From the NCBI GenBank assembly GCA_951406725.2, contig OX597825.1, positions 30,504,001-30,568,000 on the forward strand: a stretch of DNA of 64,000 nt, read 5' to 3'. The position numbers and the translations under genes are program-made. This document shows positions 25,627 to 38,950 of the stretch, piece after piece. Within the stretch, counting starts at the first letter, position 1. Each line of letters opens with the position of its first letter. This DNA is from Octopus vulgaris. Its lineage: Eukaryota. The notes below the pieces were generated by a model. That model saw nothing but the letters and a program-made list of their open reading frames with translations. It was not told where the DNA came from and ran no database searches.

Positions 25627-26238
25627 GCACACACACTCACACACACACATTATCCTCAACAATTCATTCACATTCCTTGCTGGCATGGGTTGGACACTTT
25701 AACAGAACCTGATGAGTCAAAGGACCAAATTGTGCTCCTGTAACTTAATGCAGGCTTGGTTTCTATGGCTAGATGCCCTTCATTATACCAATGAGATGCA
25801 GGAAGAGGGCATTGAGAGAAAGAAAAGTAGAGGGTAAGGGAGCAGTAGGTAAATGCAGTAAGAGCAGTGACAGAAAGAGAGGATTGCAGGTGCCATGGCT
25901 GTTAGGTAGGGGAGCAGAGGGTGAGTGCAGTGAGAGCATTCCAGGCAGAATGGCAGTGGAGAGAAGGCAGCCAAAGGAAAAGAACCAGTGAGGGCAGAGG
26001 GTGAGTGCAGTAAGAGCATCTTAACTGTCACACTCTCCTTCTTAGCTTTATCTCTGCTATGCTTACTTAAGAGAGCAAGTTTTCTCCAGTGCCACATAGT
26101 ATCAATTGTTGCAGTTATTTGTCATCTCTTTTGTGATTAAATACCAAACGATTAGTTTAATCAACAAAAGATGAGCATGATTCAGTTATACTTGCTGTTG
26201 TTGCTGCTTGCGTTGTGCTTTTGTATTCTTCTATCTTG

Positions 26239-26651
26239 TTTCTTTATTGCCCACAAGGGGCTAAACATAGTGGGGATAAACAAGGACAGACAAAGGGATT
26301 AAGTCGATTATATCGACCCCAGTGCATAACTGGTACTTATTTAATCAACCACAAAAGGATGAAAGGCAAAGTTGACCTTGGCAGAATTTGAACTCAGAAC
26401 GTAACGGCAGACGAAATACCTATTTCTTGACTACCCACAAGGGGCTAAACACAGAGAGGACAAACAAGAACAGACAAAGGGATTAAGTCGATTATATCGA
26501 CCCTAGTGTGTAACTGGTACTTATTTAATCAACCCCGAAAGGATGAAAGGCAAAGTCGGCCTCGGCAGAATTTGAACTCGGAACATAATGGCAGACGAAA
26601 TACCGCTAAGCATTTCACCTGGCATGCTAACATTTCTGCCAGCTTGCCACC
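26239..26651 (-). mobile_element. Dimeric SINE C (full monomer + 5'-truncated monomer)
   Basis: 26421-26651 is a full copy; 26239-26420 restarts at ggtatttcgtctgcc on the SINE strand. Confidence 0.92.
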
Positions 26652-27897
26652 TTTTTCTCCAGTGCAGTATGGTGTCAATTGTTGCATTCTACTATCTCAT
26701 AATATTGCTGTTTTGCCTCAGGTCAATTGAGATCAATGACACTTTTGATCAGAAACATCCAAACTATGACTATTTTGTATGTTATTTTAAATAATTTTTT
26801 ATGGACATTGTGTACCATAGACTACATAATTCAATGTATCATTTGTTAAAGATGGTAAGATGTAGTTGAAGGAGATCTGGCTGCAATATTTTGCAGGTTG
26901 AATACATTAGCTATATATATGCCTCTGTATGCAAAAACTTGGGAAGGGTCTCTCTCTCTGAAGGCTAGCAATTGCCCATAGATGCATCTCCCCCATCTTC
27001 AAACCCTAGAGTTATGCAAAGCAAGGAAGGAACTGAATCATCTTGGTACTAACATCATTGCAGGTGTTGCAGTCAGGTTACAAAGAGTCAAAACACAAAC
27101 TACTGTAAGGTATCTCATCCTATGCAGTAACAATTTTCTCAATCAGCCTCACAAGATTGACATATTCTGTGGCAGGTGGGGAGTGGGGGGTGGGGGTGGA
27201 CGACCTCAAATAGAATGAAAGATAGAATTGATTTTGATAGGATCTGAACTCAGTGTACAGAGATTCGAGACAAAATACCTTGAGATATTAGATCCAATTC
27301 TCTAATGACTCCATCAGTTTACTAGTGAATTAATAGCCCAAAACAATGTCAGCTGAGCCATCTCTCTTCTGCTGTAGTGTTTCAAATAGATAACTAAGAT
27401 TTCATTTCATCATTGGGTTTTAAACCACCTAATGTTCAATATCATATTTTCTTCTCCCCTCATACGAGACAGAAGAAGAGAAAAAAATAACAAAAAAAAA
27501 GGAAGAAAAAAAAAATTATTTCTGTCATCTTTTTATATTGGCTGATTAAAAGGTTAAAAGCAATACAAGAAAATCTATTTTTAAAACAAAATTGAAAAAT
27601 AGGGTATCGGCATCTGAATGATGTTACTCTCGACACCATCTAAGGTAAGATTCAAATAACCAGTGTCGTATTTCTTCAGATTTTTTTTTTCCCAAGAAAT
27701 AGTTCCACTGTTAGCAGGTCTTATTTATTCTTTCTCCTTTTCTCTTTTTTCCATTTAAAAAAAAAAAAAATTTTTGTTTGAAACAGGAAAATAATCTTAC
27801 ATTTACATCTCACGAACAACATGCGTAACCTTGTAGACATTTTTAAAAAGGTGGAAAACATATACATAATACATGCATATATATACTATACATATAC

Positions 27898-27940
<43 letters not shown>

Positions 27941-27999
27941 TACATACATACATATATATTTATATATATCATATATGTAAGTATGTATATATACATATA

Positions 28000-28104
<105 letters not shown>

Positions 28105-28321
28105 GGGTGGGTGTATGTATATATATATATATATATATGCATTGAAAAATAAAGACTATCTTTCAGACTTTCTGAAATCGATTTCCTTTTTAACTAATCA
28201 TTGCTTCAACAAATTTCATTGATTCTCAAAATGATTTTAGTTTATATATTTTTAATGAACTTGAGTAGCATTAATGCTGATTATTTATGAGTTGCATCGT
28301 CATCATCATCATCATCAGCGT

Positions 28322-28505
28322 CATCAGAGATGCAAATATCGTCAGCCACTAGGGGACATGCTCAACTGGTTAAGGTCAAACAACTGACAAGCAAATCTGT
28401 GGTATTGAGCAGAATATTTGTTGTAGACCATCTTTTACAAAGACAAAACAATGTACATAATAATACTACCAATCAGTTAAGATCAAAAGCCATGAGAGCC
28501 ACTGC
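28322..28505. repeat. Partial copy of an unclassified (TTA)n-associated interspersed repeat
   Basis: Homologous to 33550-33735. Confidence 0.8.
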
Positions 28506-28589
28506 CTCTATTATTGTTGTTGTTGTTGTTGTTTTTATTATTATCATTATTATTATTATTGTTATTATTCTTATTATTATCATTGTCGT

Positions 28590-28970
28590 GGCCAATGCCA
28601 ATGTTGCCTGACTAGCACCCATGCTGGTGGTACATAAAAAGCACCATCTGAGTGTAGCCATTGCCAGTGCTGGTGGCATGTAAAAAGCACCATTTGAGCA
28701 TGGTCAATGCCAGTGCCGCCTGACTGGCTCCCCGTGCCAGTGGCACATAAAAGGCATCCAATGGCCTTGCTATTTGCTTTTGAGCCAAATTAACTAACTA
28801 ACTAACTAACTAACTACATTCAGAGTAGTTGGTGTTAGGAGGGGCATCCAACTGTAGAAACCTTGCCTGACCAGATTGGAGCCTGGGGCAGCCTCCTGGC
28901 CTGCCAGTCCTCAGTCAAACTGCCCAACCCATGCCAGCATGGAAAGTGGACGTTAAACGATGATGATGAT
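28590..28970 (+). mobile_element. RTE 3' terminus with UTR repeats and (GAT)n tail
   Basis: ggtggcacataaaaagcacc-like repeats; ttggtgttaggaggggcatcca; ggacgttaaacgatgatgat. Confidence 0.87.
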
Positions 28971-28981
28971 GATTATTATTT

Positions 28982-29980
28982 TAGGATTTTCCATAGCTCA
29001 TTTCATTGACTGAGTTACAGTCTTGGGTCAAGCATAGATCAAGAAAGGGTTCTTGGCTTCTAGAATACTGGCTCTATGGTCAGTAGAAGTTCCACTATGG
29101 AGTTCTGCAGATGATTAGTGGAGGGATAGAGTGATGACATCCTCAGGGGAAACTCTTTGCATCAGGAGGGATCAATTAACTGGTCTTTTCCAGAGAACTT
29201 TCAGTCCAGGGCCTATGGATAGCTTCCACAAATACCGGGGAGCTCTGCTGGTTCAATACAAGCTCTACAGATATGGAAGTGCTGTCAGATGGACCTGTCT
29301 GAGGTGTGCGCAAGACGACAAAACTGTCCTGCATGCACTCATCCAGTTTCTGTGCATTACTGACATGTGGAGCTTTGTCGAACTGCTGTTGTTGCATGTG
29401 AGACAGATCCAGTTAACAACCAAGTTCATTGTGAAGAACAGCCTGCTGCCTTCTTTTGGCCAGGAAGGGAAGTCAGTTTTCCTCTGTCTGATGGCTATGA
29501 CAAAGGAGGTAGTGTGGTGGATGAGATTGAAAGGACTGAAGACAGATACTTTCCTCTTCGGCCAAACCCTCATCAACTTTTTCAAATTCCACTTGAAAGG
29601 GAAAGTGAGAATAGAGAGGGAAGTACTGTATCTTCCCACCCCCACCAGTAAATTTATTGAAAGGTGGGTGCATGTGGTGAGGACAGCCCCTGTGGATGGG
29701 CCCACTCTGAACTTTTTTTTGTAAAGCAGAGGAGTTGAGAAGGTAAGAGATGCCTGCTGAGGTGCATCTGGAAATTAGGATAACCAGAATGTGTGGAGTC
29801 CCTTGGTTGACCCTGTGAGGAACTTTACCCTTTTGGGGATTTATTATTATTGTTTAATTGTTTTGTTAATTGTTTTTGTTACTTATTATATACACAGCAT
29901 TGTTCAACATCCCACTTGTCCCTTGTATTGTATTATCCCTATTTGTTTTGTGTCAGCCCTTGTGGCCAATAAAGAAAAGA
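28982..29980 (+). mobile_element. 5'-truncated Tx1/L1-like LINE: ORF2 C-terminal zinc-binding region + 3' UTR
   Basis: ORF 29131-29724 has CLRCAQDDKTVLHAL (CxxC..H, zf-RVT-like) and KEVVWWMR; UTR ends gcccttgtggccaataaagaaa. Confidence 0.72.
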
Positions 29981-30529
29981 TATTATTATCAATAATATTA
30001 ATATGCCAACTTGTAGTCCGTACCTGTGGTGTGTGTCATGCTTACTTCAAATGAAGAAGTGGGTGGCAAAGCAGGAGAAAGGAGGACAGAGAGGAAGTAA
30101 GGGGGAGAGGGAGAGAGAGAGAGGAAGAAAGACAGAGTGAAAGAGACAGTGAGTGGTGATAGCATTCGGTTTGTGTTTTTAAATGTTTCAGAGAGGAAGT
30201 AAGAGAGAAAGAGAAAGAGCGAAAGAGACAGTGAGTGGTGATGGAGTTCAATTTATGTTTTTAAATATTTATCACATTGCAGGAAAAGTAGATGCATAGA
30301 TCTATAGAAATGTTGATACATAGATACATATCCACATTGTTAAATTAAAAGTGAGGGAGAGGAGGGACACAGAGAAAATCAGGGAGAAAGAGAAAAAGTG
30401 AAAGGGACAGTAGACACATAGCTCCAAAGAAAAGTTGATACATAGATACATAGACACATTGTTAAATAACTACAACAAATATTGGATGTCACTTTCACTT
30501 TTCATTATCACACAAGGATAAAATTAACT

Positions 30530-31735
30530 TGCATACCATTAACATAGTTCTAAGGGGGGATTCAACTCATTTTGGTCAGCTGAGTAGACTGGAACAAAAT
30601 AAACCTTCAAGTTGTTGGAAGAAAACAAAAAAAAGATCCTATATAGAGGTAGGAATATCTTTTTAGTCATTAGGGGCACAATGGGTGTTAATCCAGTCCT
30701 AACAATAGCATTTGTAGGTCTCGCAGATCTGGAGGCAAAGCCCACAGATAAACACCAATGCCCAGGCTGTTGTCATCAAACTGAGCATTAGTCGAGAGCG
30801 AAGTCACAACATGACAGAATAGCAATTATTTTGTCTTAGCTTTCACTGCCTATTACTAAACACGTGACATTTTTGCCTTACAATATGCAACATTTCCTTT
30901 TCTTTCACTCTGTTAAAAAATGGCACTCCATTGGTTTCTGTTTATCTCATCAATGGAACAGTCTACTCAAATTACTGCACAAGTGGCTGAGTAATCCACA
31001 GACATGCATACCATTAATGTAGTTCTTAGGGAGATTCAGCCTCATACAGAATATGACAAGGCTGACGCCTCTGTATTACAGCTACAACTCATTTTGGTCA
31101 GCTGAGTAGACTGGAACAAAATAAACCTTCAAGTTGTTGGAAGAAAATGAAAAAAGATACAGGGGCAGGAAAATCTTTTTAGTCATTAGGGTCACTATGG
31201 GTGTTAATCTGGTCCTGACAGCAGCATTTGTGGGTTTCACAGATCTGGAGGCCAAGCCCCCAGATAAACACTGATGTGTAGCCTGTTTTTATCAAACTGA
31301 ACGTGAGTCAAGGGCGAAGTCACAATATGACAGAATAACAATTATTTCATTTTAGCTTTCACTGCCTATTACTAAACACGTGACATTTTTGCTTTATGAT
31401 ATGGAACATTTCCTTTTCTTTCACTCTTTTTTTAAAATAGCAATCCATCGGTTACAATGACAAAGGTCCTGTTTATCTGATCAATGGAACAGGCTGCTCC
31501 TAGAATTAACATGCAAGTGGCTGAGTACTCCACTGACCTGCATACCATAACGTAGTTCTCAGGGATATTCAGCCTCACACAGAATGTGACAAGGCTGACC
31601 CCTTTGAATTACAGCTACAACTCATTTTCGCCAGCTGAGTGGACTAGCTCAAGAACAGTGTACCGTAGGGAATCGTACCAATGACTTTACAATCGTTGGC
31701 CGAATACCCCTAACCACTGAGCCATGCACCTTCAC
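30530..31735. repeat. ~520-530 bp tandem duplication bounded by SINE B (T1) sequence
   Basis: caactcatttt..cagctgagt recurs at 30563, 31085 and 31618; the two intervening units align throughout. Confidence 0.88.
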
Positions 31736-32227
31736 TCTCTTAACCATAGAGAAAAGGAGTTAGGCAATAGAGACAGGGAAAGGAAAACTTCAGTCATTTG
31801 CAATGACAATTAGACTGAAGTATGATCGATCTTTTCTCAATTCTTTACTTTCAACAATGAAGAAGAAATAAAGAAATTTAGTAATGAATTAGAGGGAAAG
31901 TCTTTCAGGTGTTTACGTTTTTATTTTGAGAGTTCTCTCTTATTTCCCCCACTCCCAGTACTTATTCACCTTCTTTCATAGTTCTTCATGCTTTTTAGCT
32001 AGTGGGAAATACCATATTTTTTTCTTTTCAGACATATCTAACATTTTCTCTACAAACTACAAACAAGCCCCACTCCCTTCCTTTTTTTTTTTCTCACACA
32101 AAAACTACTGCATATTTCGAACAGGGTGAAAAGAGACCAGAAAAATGGGCAACACCCTCTACAAAATGGGTGGGAAGAAAAGTTGCCAACAGGTAGCTAC
32201 ACGAAATTCAACTCTATACTTTAAAGA

Positions 32228-32320
32228 GTGTCTTCTACTATAACCTCAGGCCAACCATAGGCTTGTGAGTGAATTTGGTAGATGGAAAATGAAAGAATCC
32301 TGTCATATATACATACATAC

Positions 32321-32402
<82 letters not shown>

Positions 32403-32830
32403 ATGTATATATATGTGTGTGTTTTTTTTTCTGTGTTTTTCCCCCTACCATCATTGCTTGACAACTGATGTTGATGTGTTTGCATCCCTGTAATTTAGCT
32501 GTTTAGCAGAAGAGACTGATAGAATAAGTTGCCTCTGTGCAGTTATGAATCAACAGATTGTTGAAGTAGTGCTATGTGGACTGAAGCTGAGGCATAATCA
32601 ATGCTGTCTGCTTGATTTAGATGAAAGTATCTGATTGCTTAAAGACCCAGCACACACCCAATCATCCTAGATAACAACACCAATAATATATCTAGGTGCA
32701 TCATGTTTTGGTGTAAAAAAATAATTTTCTAAGAATATAAATATTCTTACAGGGAATAAGTCCAGGGGTCGATTTCTTCAACTAAATGGTGGTGCTCCAG
32801 TATGGCCACTGTCAAATGACTGTGACAAAA
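32228..32830 (+). mobile_element. SINE A carrying a 224-bp foreign insertion
   Basis: SINE stops at gatagaataagt (32529) and resumes at ttacagggaataagtcc (32747). Confidence 0.88.
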
Positions 32831-33199
32831 GAATACCAGAATGTTCTGTACCACTAAACCAAGAAGGTTCTTTGAATATGTACAGTGTATTTTAAAGCTA
32901 AATAGTAATTCTGTTAACATTTGCGTAATTGAGATATTTTGGCTGGATTATATAGTTATCAGTTTTACACTTCTTTCTATATTTTGTGTCACAATATAGA
33001 AACATTTCTCATAGCACCAGCACACAATTTACAGTTGCTTACATTTTTTATGTTTTCCCTGACATTTTCACAGGTCCAGCTAGTAATTATTATTATTACT
33101 ATTCACCCTTTCGAGTCAATGTAATCAAGAAGCCCCTCTTCACAAAATTGTAGGCTTTGTGCCTATAGTAGAAAGGATTATTATTATTATTATTATTCT

Positions 33200-33751
33200 G
33201 TGAGAGAGCATCGCATGCCATCAAAGTCAAACTGGGGCACAAATATATAAAGTTCAATATACCCATCATGACTATCCATCCGATAAGGGTACACTAGGCA
33301 CGTGCATCACAACCATATGAGCACAGCATGGTGATCTCATATCAAGATAAACAGCACATGACCTAACAGGTGGGGCCCAGTTAGAATCTTCTTCAGGTCA
33401 AGTATCCCTTCCTGCTTAAAAGGTCCTTGAATAAGGTGTGTTTAAGGATGATGAAAAAAACACCCATATTTCCAAAGGTGAATTATCCAAACCCCAAAGA
33501 ATTCCTCTCAACACATGGCTATGGTGCTTCCCCACTACTTTTGCTCGTGATCAGAGATGCACATATCATCAGCTACGAAAGGACATGCTCACCTGGTTAA
33601 GGTCAAACAACTGACAATCAAATCTGTGGTATTGAGCAGAATATTGGCTGTAGCCCATCTTTTATACCAAGACAAAACAATGTACATGAAAACACTTCCA
33701 ATCATTTCAGTTAAAAAGCCAAGAGAGACACTGCCTGGTACTGCATCAGGG
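33200..33751. repeat. Unclassified ~550-bp interspersed repeat flanked by (TTA)n
   Basis: TTA repeats on both sides; partial second copy at 28322-28505. Confidence 0.7.
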
Positions 33752-34121
33752 TATTATTATTATTATTATCATTACCAGTATTTGCATTGTAGCTGTCTAG
33801 TCAACAGAAATATTTATAACAAAACCTATGAAATCATCCAAAACTAGATTTTGTATTTACATGTGCCAAATTTTTCATAATTTCTTTCATTTTAACTGCA
33901 GCTGGATCTTGTACAATATAAATAGGCTTTTTCCATTTTGTTTATTTGTTGTAAATGTTTGCTAGACTTTCAAAAAACATTGCAAGTGAGAGGTGTCGAC
34001 TGCCTCAAACAATCCATTTTATGTATTATAAAACAAATCTGTTTTGAATCGAAAATTGTACATATCATAAATTTTACAAAAAGTCTGAATTTAGATAAAT
34101 TTATAATTCTATTTTCATCCA

Positions 34122-34450
34122 ATCATCATCATCGCCATTGTTTAAAGTCTGCCTTCCATGCTGGTATGGGTTGGATGGTTTGACAGGAGCTGGTCAGTTA
34201 GAAGACTACACCAGGCTACTGTATCAGTTTTGGCATGGTTTTTATGGCTGGATGCCTTTCCTAACATCACCCACCCCACAGAGTGAACTGAGGGCTTTTT
34301 TACTTGGCACCAGCACAGACGAGGTCAGTTTTCACATGGTTTTTACAGCTGGTTGCCCTTTCAAATGTAAACCACTTCACAGTGTGGACTGGATGCTTTT
34401 TACAGACACCTGTACCAGCAGGGTCACAAGATAACTTGCAAGACAAGGAA
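34122..34450 (-). mobile_element. Degenerate RTE 3' terminus
   Basis: ccatgctggtatgggttggatggtttgacaggagctgg ... ggctggatgcctttcctaac. Confidence 0.8.
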
Positions 34451-34499
34451 TCCTATACAATAATTTAAGAATATTTATATTCTTAGAAAATTATTTTTT

Positions 34500-35300
34500 T
34501 ACACCAAAACATGATGCACCTAGATATATTATTGGTGTTGTTATCTAGGATGATTGAGTGTGTGCTGGGTCTTTAAGCAATCAGATACTTTCATCTAAAT
34601 CAAGCAGACAGCATTGATTATGCCTCAGCTTCAGTCCACATAGCACTACTTCAACAATCTGTTGATTCATAACTGCACTGAGGCAACTTCAAATTCTTAG
34701 AGACCAAACCTGATAGTTCTTCACCTTTTAACTCCTGTAATGCCCACCATGTTGTGATGCCCATCTTGTTGTGGCCTTTGCAGAGGGACTTCTCTGTGAA
34801 TTATCTGCCTTTCACTTTAACAGGCAAGCACCTCCCCACGGCTCATTGCTTCAGCATTCTTCCACCATTCAACATAGTTCATTGTCTTTTTCCCATTGGC
34901 CTTCTCACAGCAATTCTCTCAAGAAACACTGAGTTTTAATAGAGTAACCCATTTGGAAGCTTCTAAGTTCAGCATTACGCCTGTTCTTTGTCTGTTGGTG
35001 CTACAGTTTCTCAGAACTTTTATTGCTTTCTCTGGTCAGCTTTCATCTTCTAGTCTTGTCCAATGCTAATTGGTCAGTACAGGTGCTGTCCGCAGCTGAC
35101 ACTAGCTTCTCTCAGCCTTAACAACAGTGATGATCTTTTTCATTTAGCAGTGATACAATTGCTAACCCGACTGCTGATGGTGTTGACTATGAACCTATGA
35201 ACATCAGAGACTAGGCATTGTGCTAGAAGTGGTGCCCCTCACCCAGAGCTTTTGGAGAGAAGCCAAGAATATTCTTTTGGGGCTCACCTCTCAGATACTA
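34500..35300 (-). mobile_element. Heavily decayed RLE-type (HERO-like) non-LTR element 3' region
   Basis: Piecewise minus translation EKANGKKTMNYVE / VEEC / RCLPVKVKGR*FTEKSLCK..MGIT resembles the E.A.ERK..KY..LV.EC...C.PVEVGCRGF..SL pattern as recalled; boundaries uncertain. Confidence 0.45.
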
Positions 35301-36578
35301 TCAACTGTCAACAGCTTTTGTTTGGAACAATGATTTAATGTGATCAGTTAACTGTAGCTCCACACTGTAACTAATTACAGCTGAATTGATTTAGCCATAT
35401 AATTAAATCTGGCCCTTACGAATCAATGTAGTTCTTTGCTCTGAAATTTTTTCTTCCTGTCCAGATAACAACTATCTTTTTTATTTGTTCACATGCACAG
35501 ATGCATCGAGGATGCAAACTGAGATTCAATTATTCCTGTATTAGTCATCTCTCTTCTACAGAGAGTTAAGAATCCATTACTTCTTCCATGTCTTGCTCAC
35601 CACCCCATCTATTCCCTCTGCTCTCCCTATTTTTTTTATTTCTAAATCTCTCCATATCAGAATTCTCTTGTGACAGATAATCTGCCTACTACTACTATCA
35701 CTGAATTTTCAAAAAACTTTTCATGCTGCTCAAGAAATTAAACCATGTATGCAATAATAAAAATAAAAGTAATAAAATTTGAAAGATGCCTTAGGGAATA
35801 AGGAATGAATGCAATTAATATAATGATATGAATGCTTCCCCTTGGTGCTGTATAAAGATAATGTTTAGCTTTAGTTTCATGAGACAAGACAGAGGAGAAA
35901 TTAAGCTACTCCTGGCTAGGATGCCAGTCTATCCCAGATGTCATTCTCACATTATTTGGTATCTATTCACAATAGCTATAGGAAATGAAGTATGTGAGTA
36001 AAAAGATTTTTGCCCAGAAACACAACAAAATGCTTGCAGTAGATATAATTTCAATCAATGGGCAAATAATTCAACACCTTATAATTTGGTGGCCTTCATG
36101 CCTCTCCTATATAAAGAATGTATTGATGTATAATTTAATTCTAATGTATAAGCATTGCTCTGTCTCAATATACACAGAACTATATGGTATATGGTAACTT
36201 TATCATCATTCATTAATGCAGTTCTCCAACATTGCAACAAAGGTCATGAATTTATAAGGCAATTGACCCTTGAAAAATAGTTCCCAGTCTGGAGCCTGTA
36301 GGCCCTTGGTGGTCCACAAAAGTAATAGTGACGGGTTTGTGAACAATGTTCAAAACTATAAAAGACTGTAATGTGAAATATATGAATATTCCATTACATA
36401 CTCAACCAATGACTTTACTCAGAAACTGGGGCACGTCTTGTTAGTGAAATGATTCAGGAATATCAGCTCAGACTGTTTAGGTATGTTGCTCAATTTTTTG
36501 AGTTGGACCCTGTATATCATATTCTCTTCTCTGAGGATCAGACTGGAGTGGGAATTTATGTTGATCAGCCACATCATA

Positions 36579-36942
36579 TACTCTTTTACTCATTTACTTG
36601 TTTCAGTCATTTGACTGCAGCCATGCTGGAGCACTGCCTTTAGTCGAGGAAATCACCTCCAGGCCTTATTTTTTGTAAGCCTCGTACTTATTCTGTCGGT
36701 CTCTTTTGCCAAACCACTAAGTTACGGGGACGTAAACACACCAGCATCGGTTGTTAAGTGATGTGTGTGTGTGGGGGGGGGGGGACAAACACAGACACAT
36801 AAGCACACATATATATATATACAACGGGCTTCTTTCAGTTTCCGTCTACCAAATCCACTCACAGGGCTTTGGTCAGCCCGAGGCTATAGTAGAAGTCACT
36901 TGCTCAAGGTGCCACGAAGTGGGACTGAACCCAGAACCATGT
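36579..36942 (-). mobile_element. SINE A lacking the extreme 5' end
   Basis: Colinear with 2514-2886. Confidence 0.92.
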
Positions 36943-37620
36943 TATTTACCAAACCTGAAATATAAAAGTCAATTTAAACTAGGAGTTAAGACAAAATATA
37001 TTATGATATTTGGTTGCAAATCTTTATAGCCTGAGCTCAAGCCAAAAGCCTGGGGTATACATCATAAAGCCTCACCTGGGCTCATTTAGCCTCTCTCTTA
37101 TGCAAGTACTCAGTAGAAACAGGGCAGGTGCAGCAGGGTCAGGGAAACTGACTAAACCTTGAAAGATAGCCTTTTCTTCATTCTAGGATGGTCACGATTA
37201 CAATGAGAGAAAGAACAAAACAAAGGCTGTAAAAGTACAATCTTTAAACTTTTCTTGTTATACATCATTTTTGAAAAATAACAATGGAAACACTGGAAAG
37301 AATTGAATATCTTCTCACTTGTTTACCAAGCATATGTACTGACCGTTATCCTTCAGCAAATTCACTGTGATTGTCCTTCACAACAACAGAAATAACAAGA
37401 AATTGGAGCTGCTTTATATATGAGATTAGGTTATTCGTGAGTTTATTATGTTTCTTTACCTTAAAAATTAATATTTAACATTATATTTGGATTGTATGAC
37501 ATAATCATAATCATTAAAGTTTCTAGTTTGATAATAAATTTTTTATAAGAAAAATTATTATTTTATTTATTTCTTCAATAATATTGTTTAAATATATTTG
37601 CTTATTTATTTAACTATTAT

Positions 37621-37722
37621 CATTAACCTGAAGATTGACTATAACCATAATTCGAATTTATAATTGAATTAAAATTATTGTAATTCGAATTAGGTCATGG
37701 CCATGAAACGTACGTAGTGGTT
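37621..37722 (+). ncRNA. Hammerhead ribozyme-like motif (minimal type I, long stem II)
   Basis: CTGAAGA at 37628, long imperfect hairpin, GAAA 37705-37708, palindromic ACGTACGT, GTA triplet; stem I weak; AATAAA follows. Confidence 0.6.
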
Positions 37723-38341
37723 TTACTTATCTTATAATAAACTTTTTAATACTTTTTGATAGTTATATATAATTAAAAAAAAATTATAAATATAAATATA
37801 AATATAAATTAATAATTTTAAATTTAAATAATCTAAATTTTAAATTTTATATATTTTGTAAATTATATTAATTATTTTTATTTTTATGTTTTGATTTATG
37901 TTTTTCACTGTTTGATTTACCTAATAGTGGTTTTATCTCTAATTTAATTTATATATATATAGGCATCATTCCCTGTCTTAATGCCCCCTAGTCCCCCCTC
38001 TAATACAGCTATCTCCACATTTAACCATTCCACCTGCGAACTTTTCTGCATAAAGATCTGAAATGTAAGATCTTTTCTACCCTGATGACAGAGGCTCATC
38101 ACATCCAATGTTAATTGCATCCATACAGCTGCATATTGTGATAACCAAAATCTACCAACATTATTATAGATTGCTGATCCCTGCAGACACAGTTGTTGGA
38201 GTTATAACACCCTTCTTTCATCCCCTTAATTTTCTCTGTCATTTGTAAGTTGGACCTATTAATATAAATATTTATATATTTATACATAGAAATTAATCAC
38301 CTGAAAGTTTCTGCTTTTTGCTTTCTCTTATTTTCATAGAG

Positions 38342-38518
38342 CGCTAGCCACTACACATACTTTATTTTCTTTCCTTGCTTCTTTCTGTGTTCCTTTCTGT
38401 GGAAGAGCATGGACTCGAAACGTTAAAGACTTTTTCACTTCCCAAGTGTTATACTAATACATCTGTTTGTTGTCTATACCACCTGTCTTCGCCTTTTGTT
38501 TTTTTTTTGTAAATTCTC

Positions 38519-38559
<41 letters not shown>

Positions 38560-38950
38560 ATGTATTGATAGATCGCTAGCCACTACACATACTTTATTTT
38601 CTTTCCTTGCTTCTTTCTGTGTTCCTTTCTGTTGAAGAGCATGGACTCGAAACGTTAAAGACTTTTTCACTTGCCAAGCATTATACTAATACATCTGTTT
38701 GTTGTTTCGTCTTTTGGTTTTTTTTTTTGTGAATTCTCCCCTATATATATATATGTATTGATAGATCGCTAGCCACTACACATTCTTTATTTTCTTTCCT
38801 TCTTTCTTTCTGTGTTCCTTTCTGTGAAAGAGTGTAGGTTCAAAACAAAGACTTCTTCACTTCCCAAGCGTTAAACTAATACATCTGTTTGTTGTCTACA
38901 CCACCTGTCTTCATCTTTTGCTGGTTCTTTTTGTGAATTCTCTCCCTATA
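38342..38950 (+). mobile_element. Three tandem ~190-230 bp units separated by (TA)n, each with a hammerhead-like motif
   Basis: Units start 38342, 38574, 38767; cttt-CTGTNGA-A-gagc..actc-GAAA-cgtt-aaag at 38393-38428 and 38625-38660; third copy decayed. Confidence 0.8.

Larger units (their letters stand above)
24159..25791 (+). repeat. Local direct duplication: 24159-24379 copied at 25537-25791
   Basis: Near-identical composite of SINE A remnant + (CA)n + decayed RTE tail. Confidence 0.9.

Noticed and set aside
24480-26030. Purine-rich stretches that may be a decayed LINE
   Set aside because: No motif recognised with enough confidence to name.
23166-27650. Isolated splice-like signals (catag/atct at ~23166, aag/gtaaga at ~27644)
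   Set aside because: Expected by chance in AT-rich DNA; no coherent exon chain or protein similarity.
36400-36560. QLRLFRYVAQFFELDPVYHIL resembles an RTE C-terminal motif
   Set aside because: Too short and degenerate to call.
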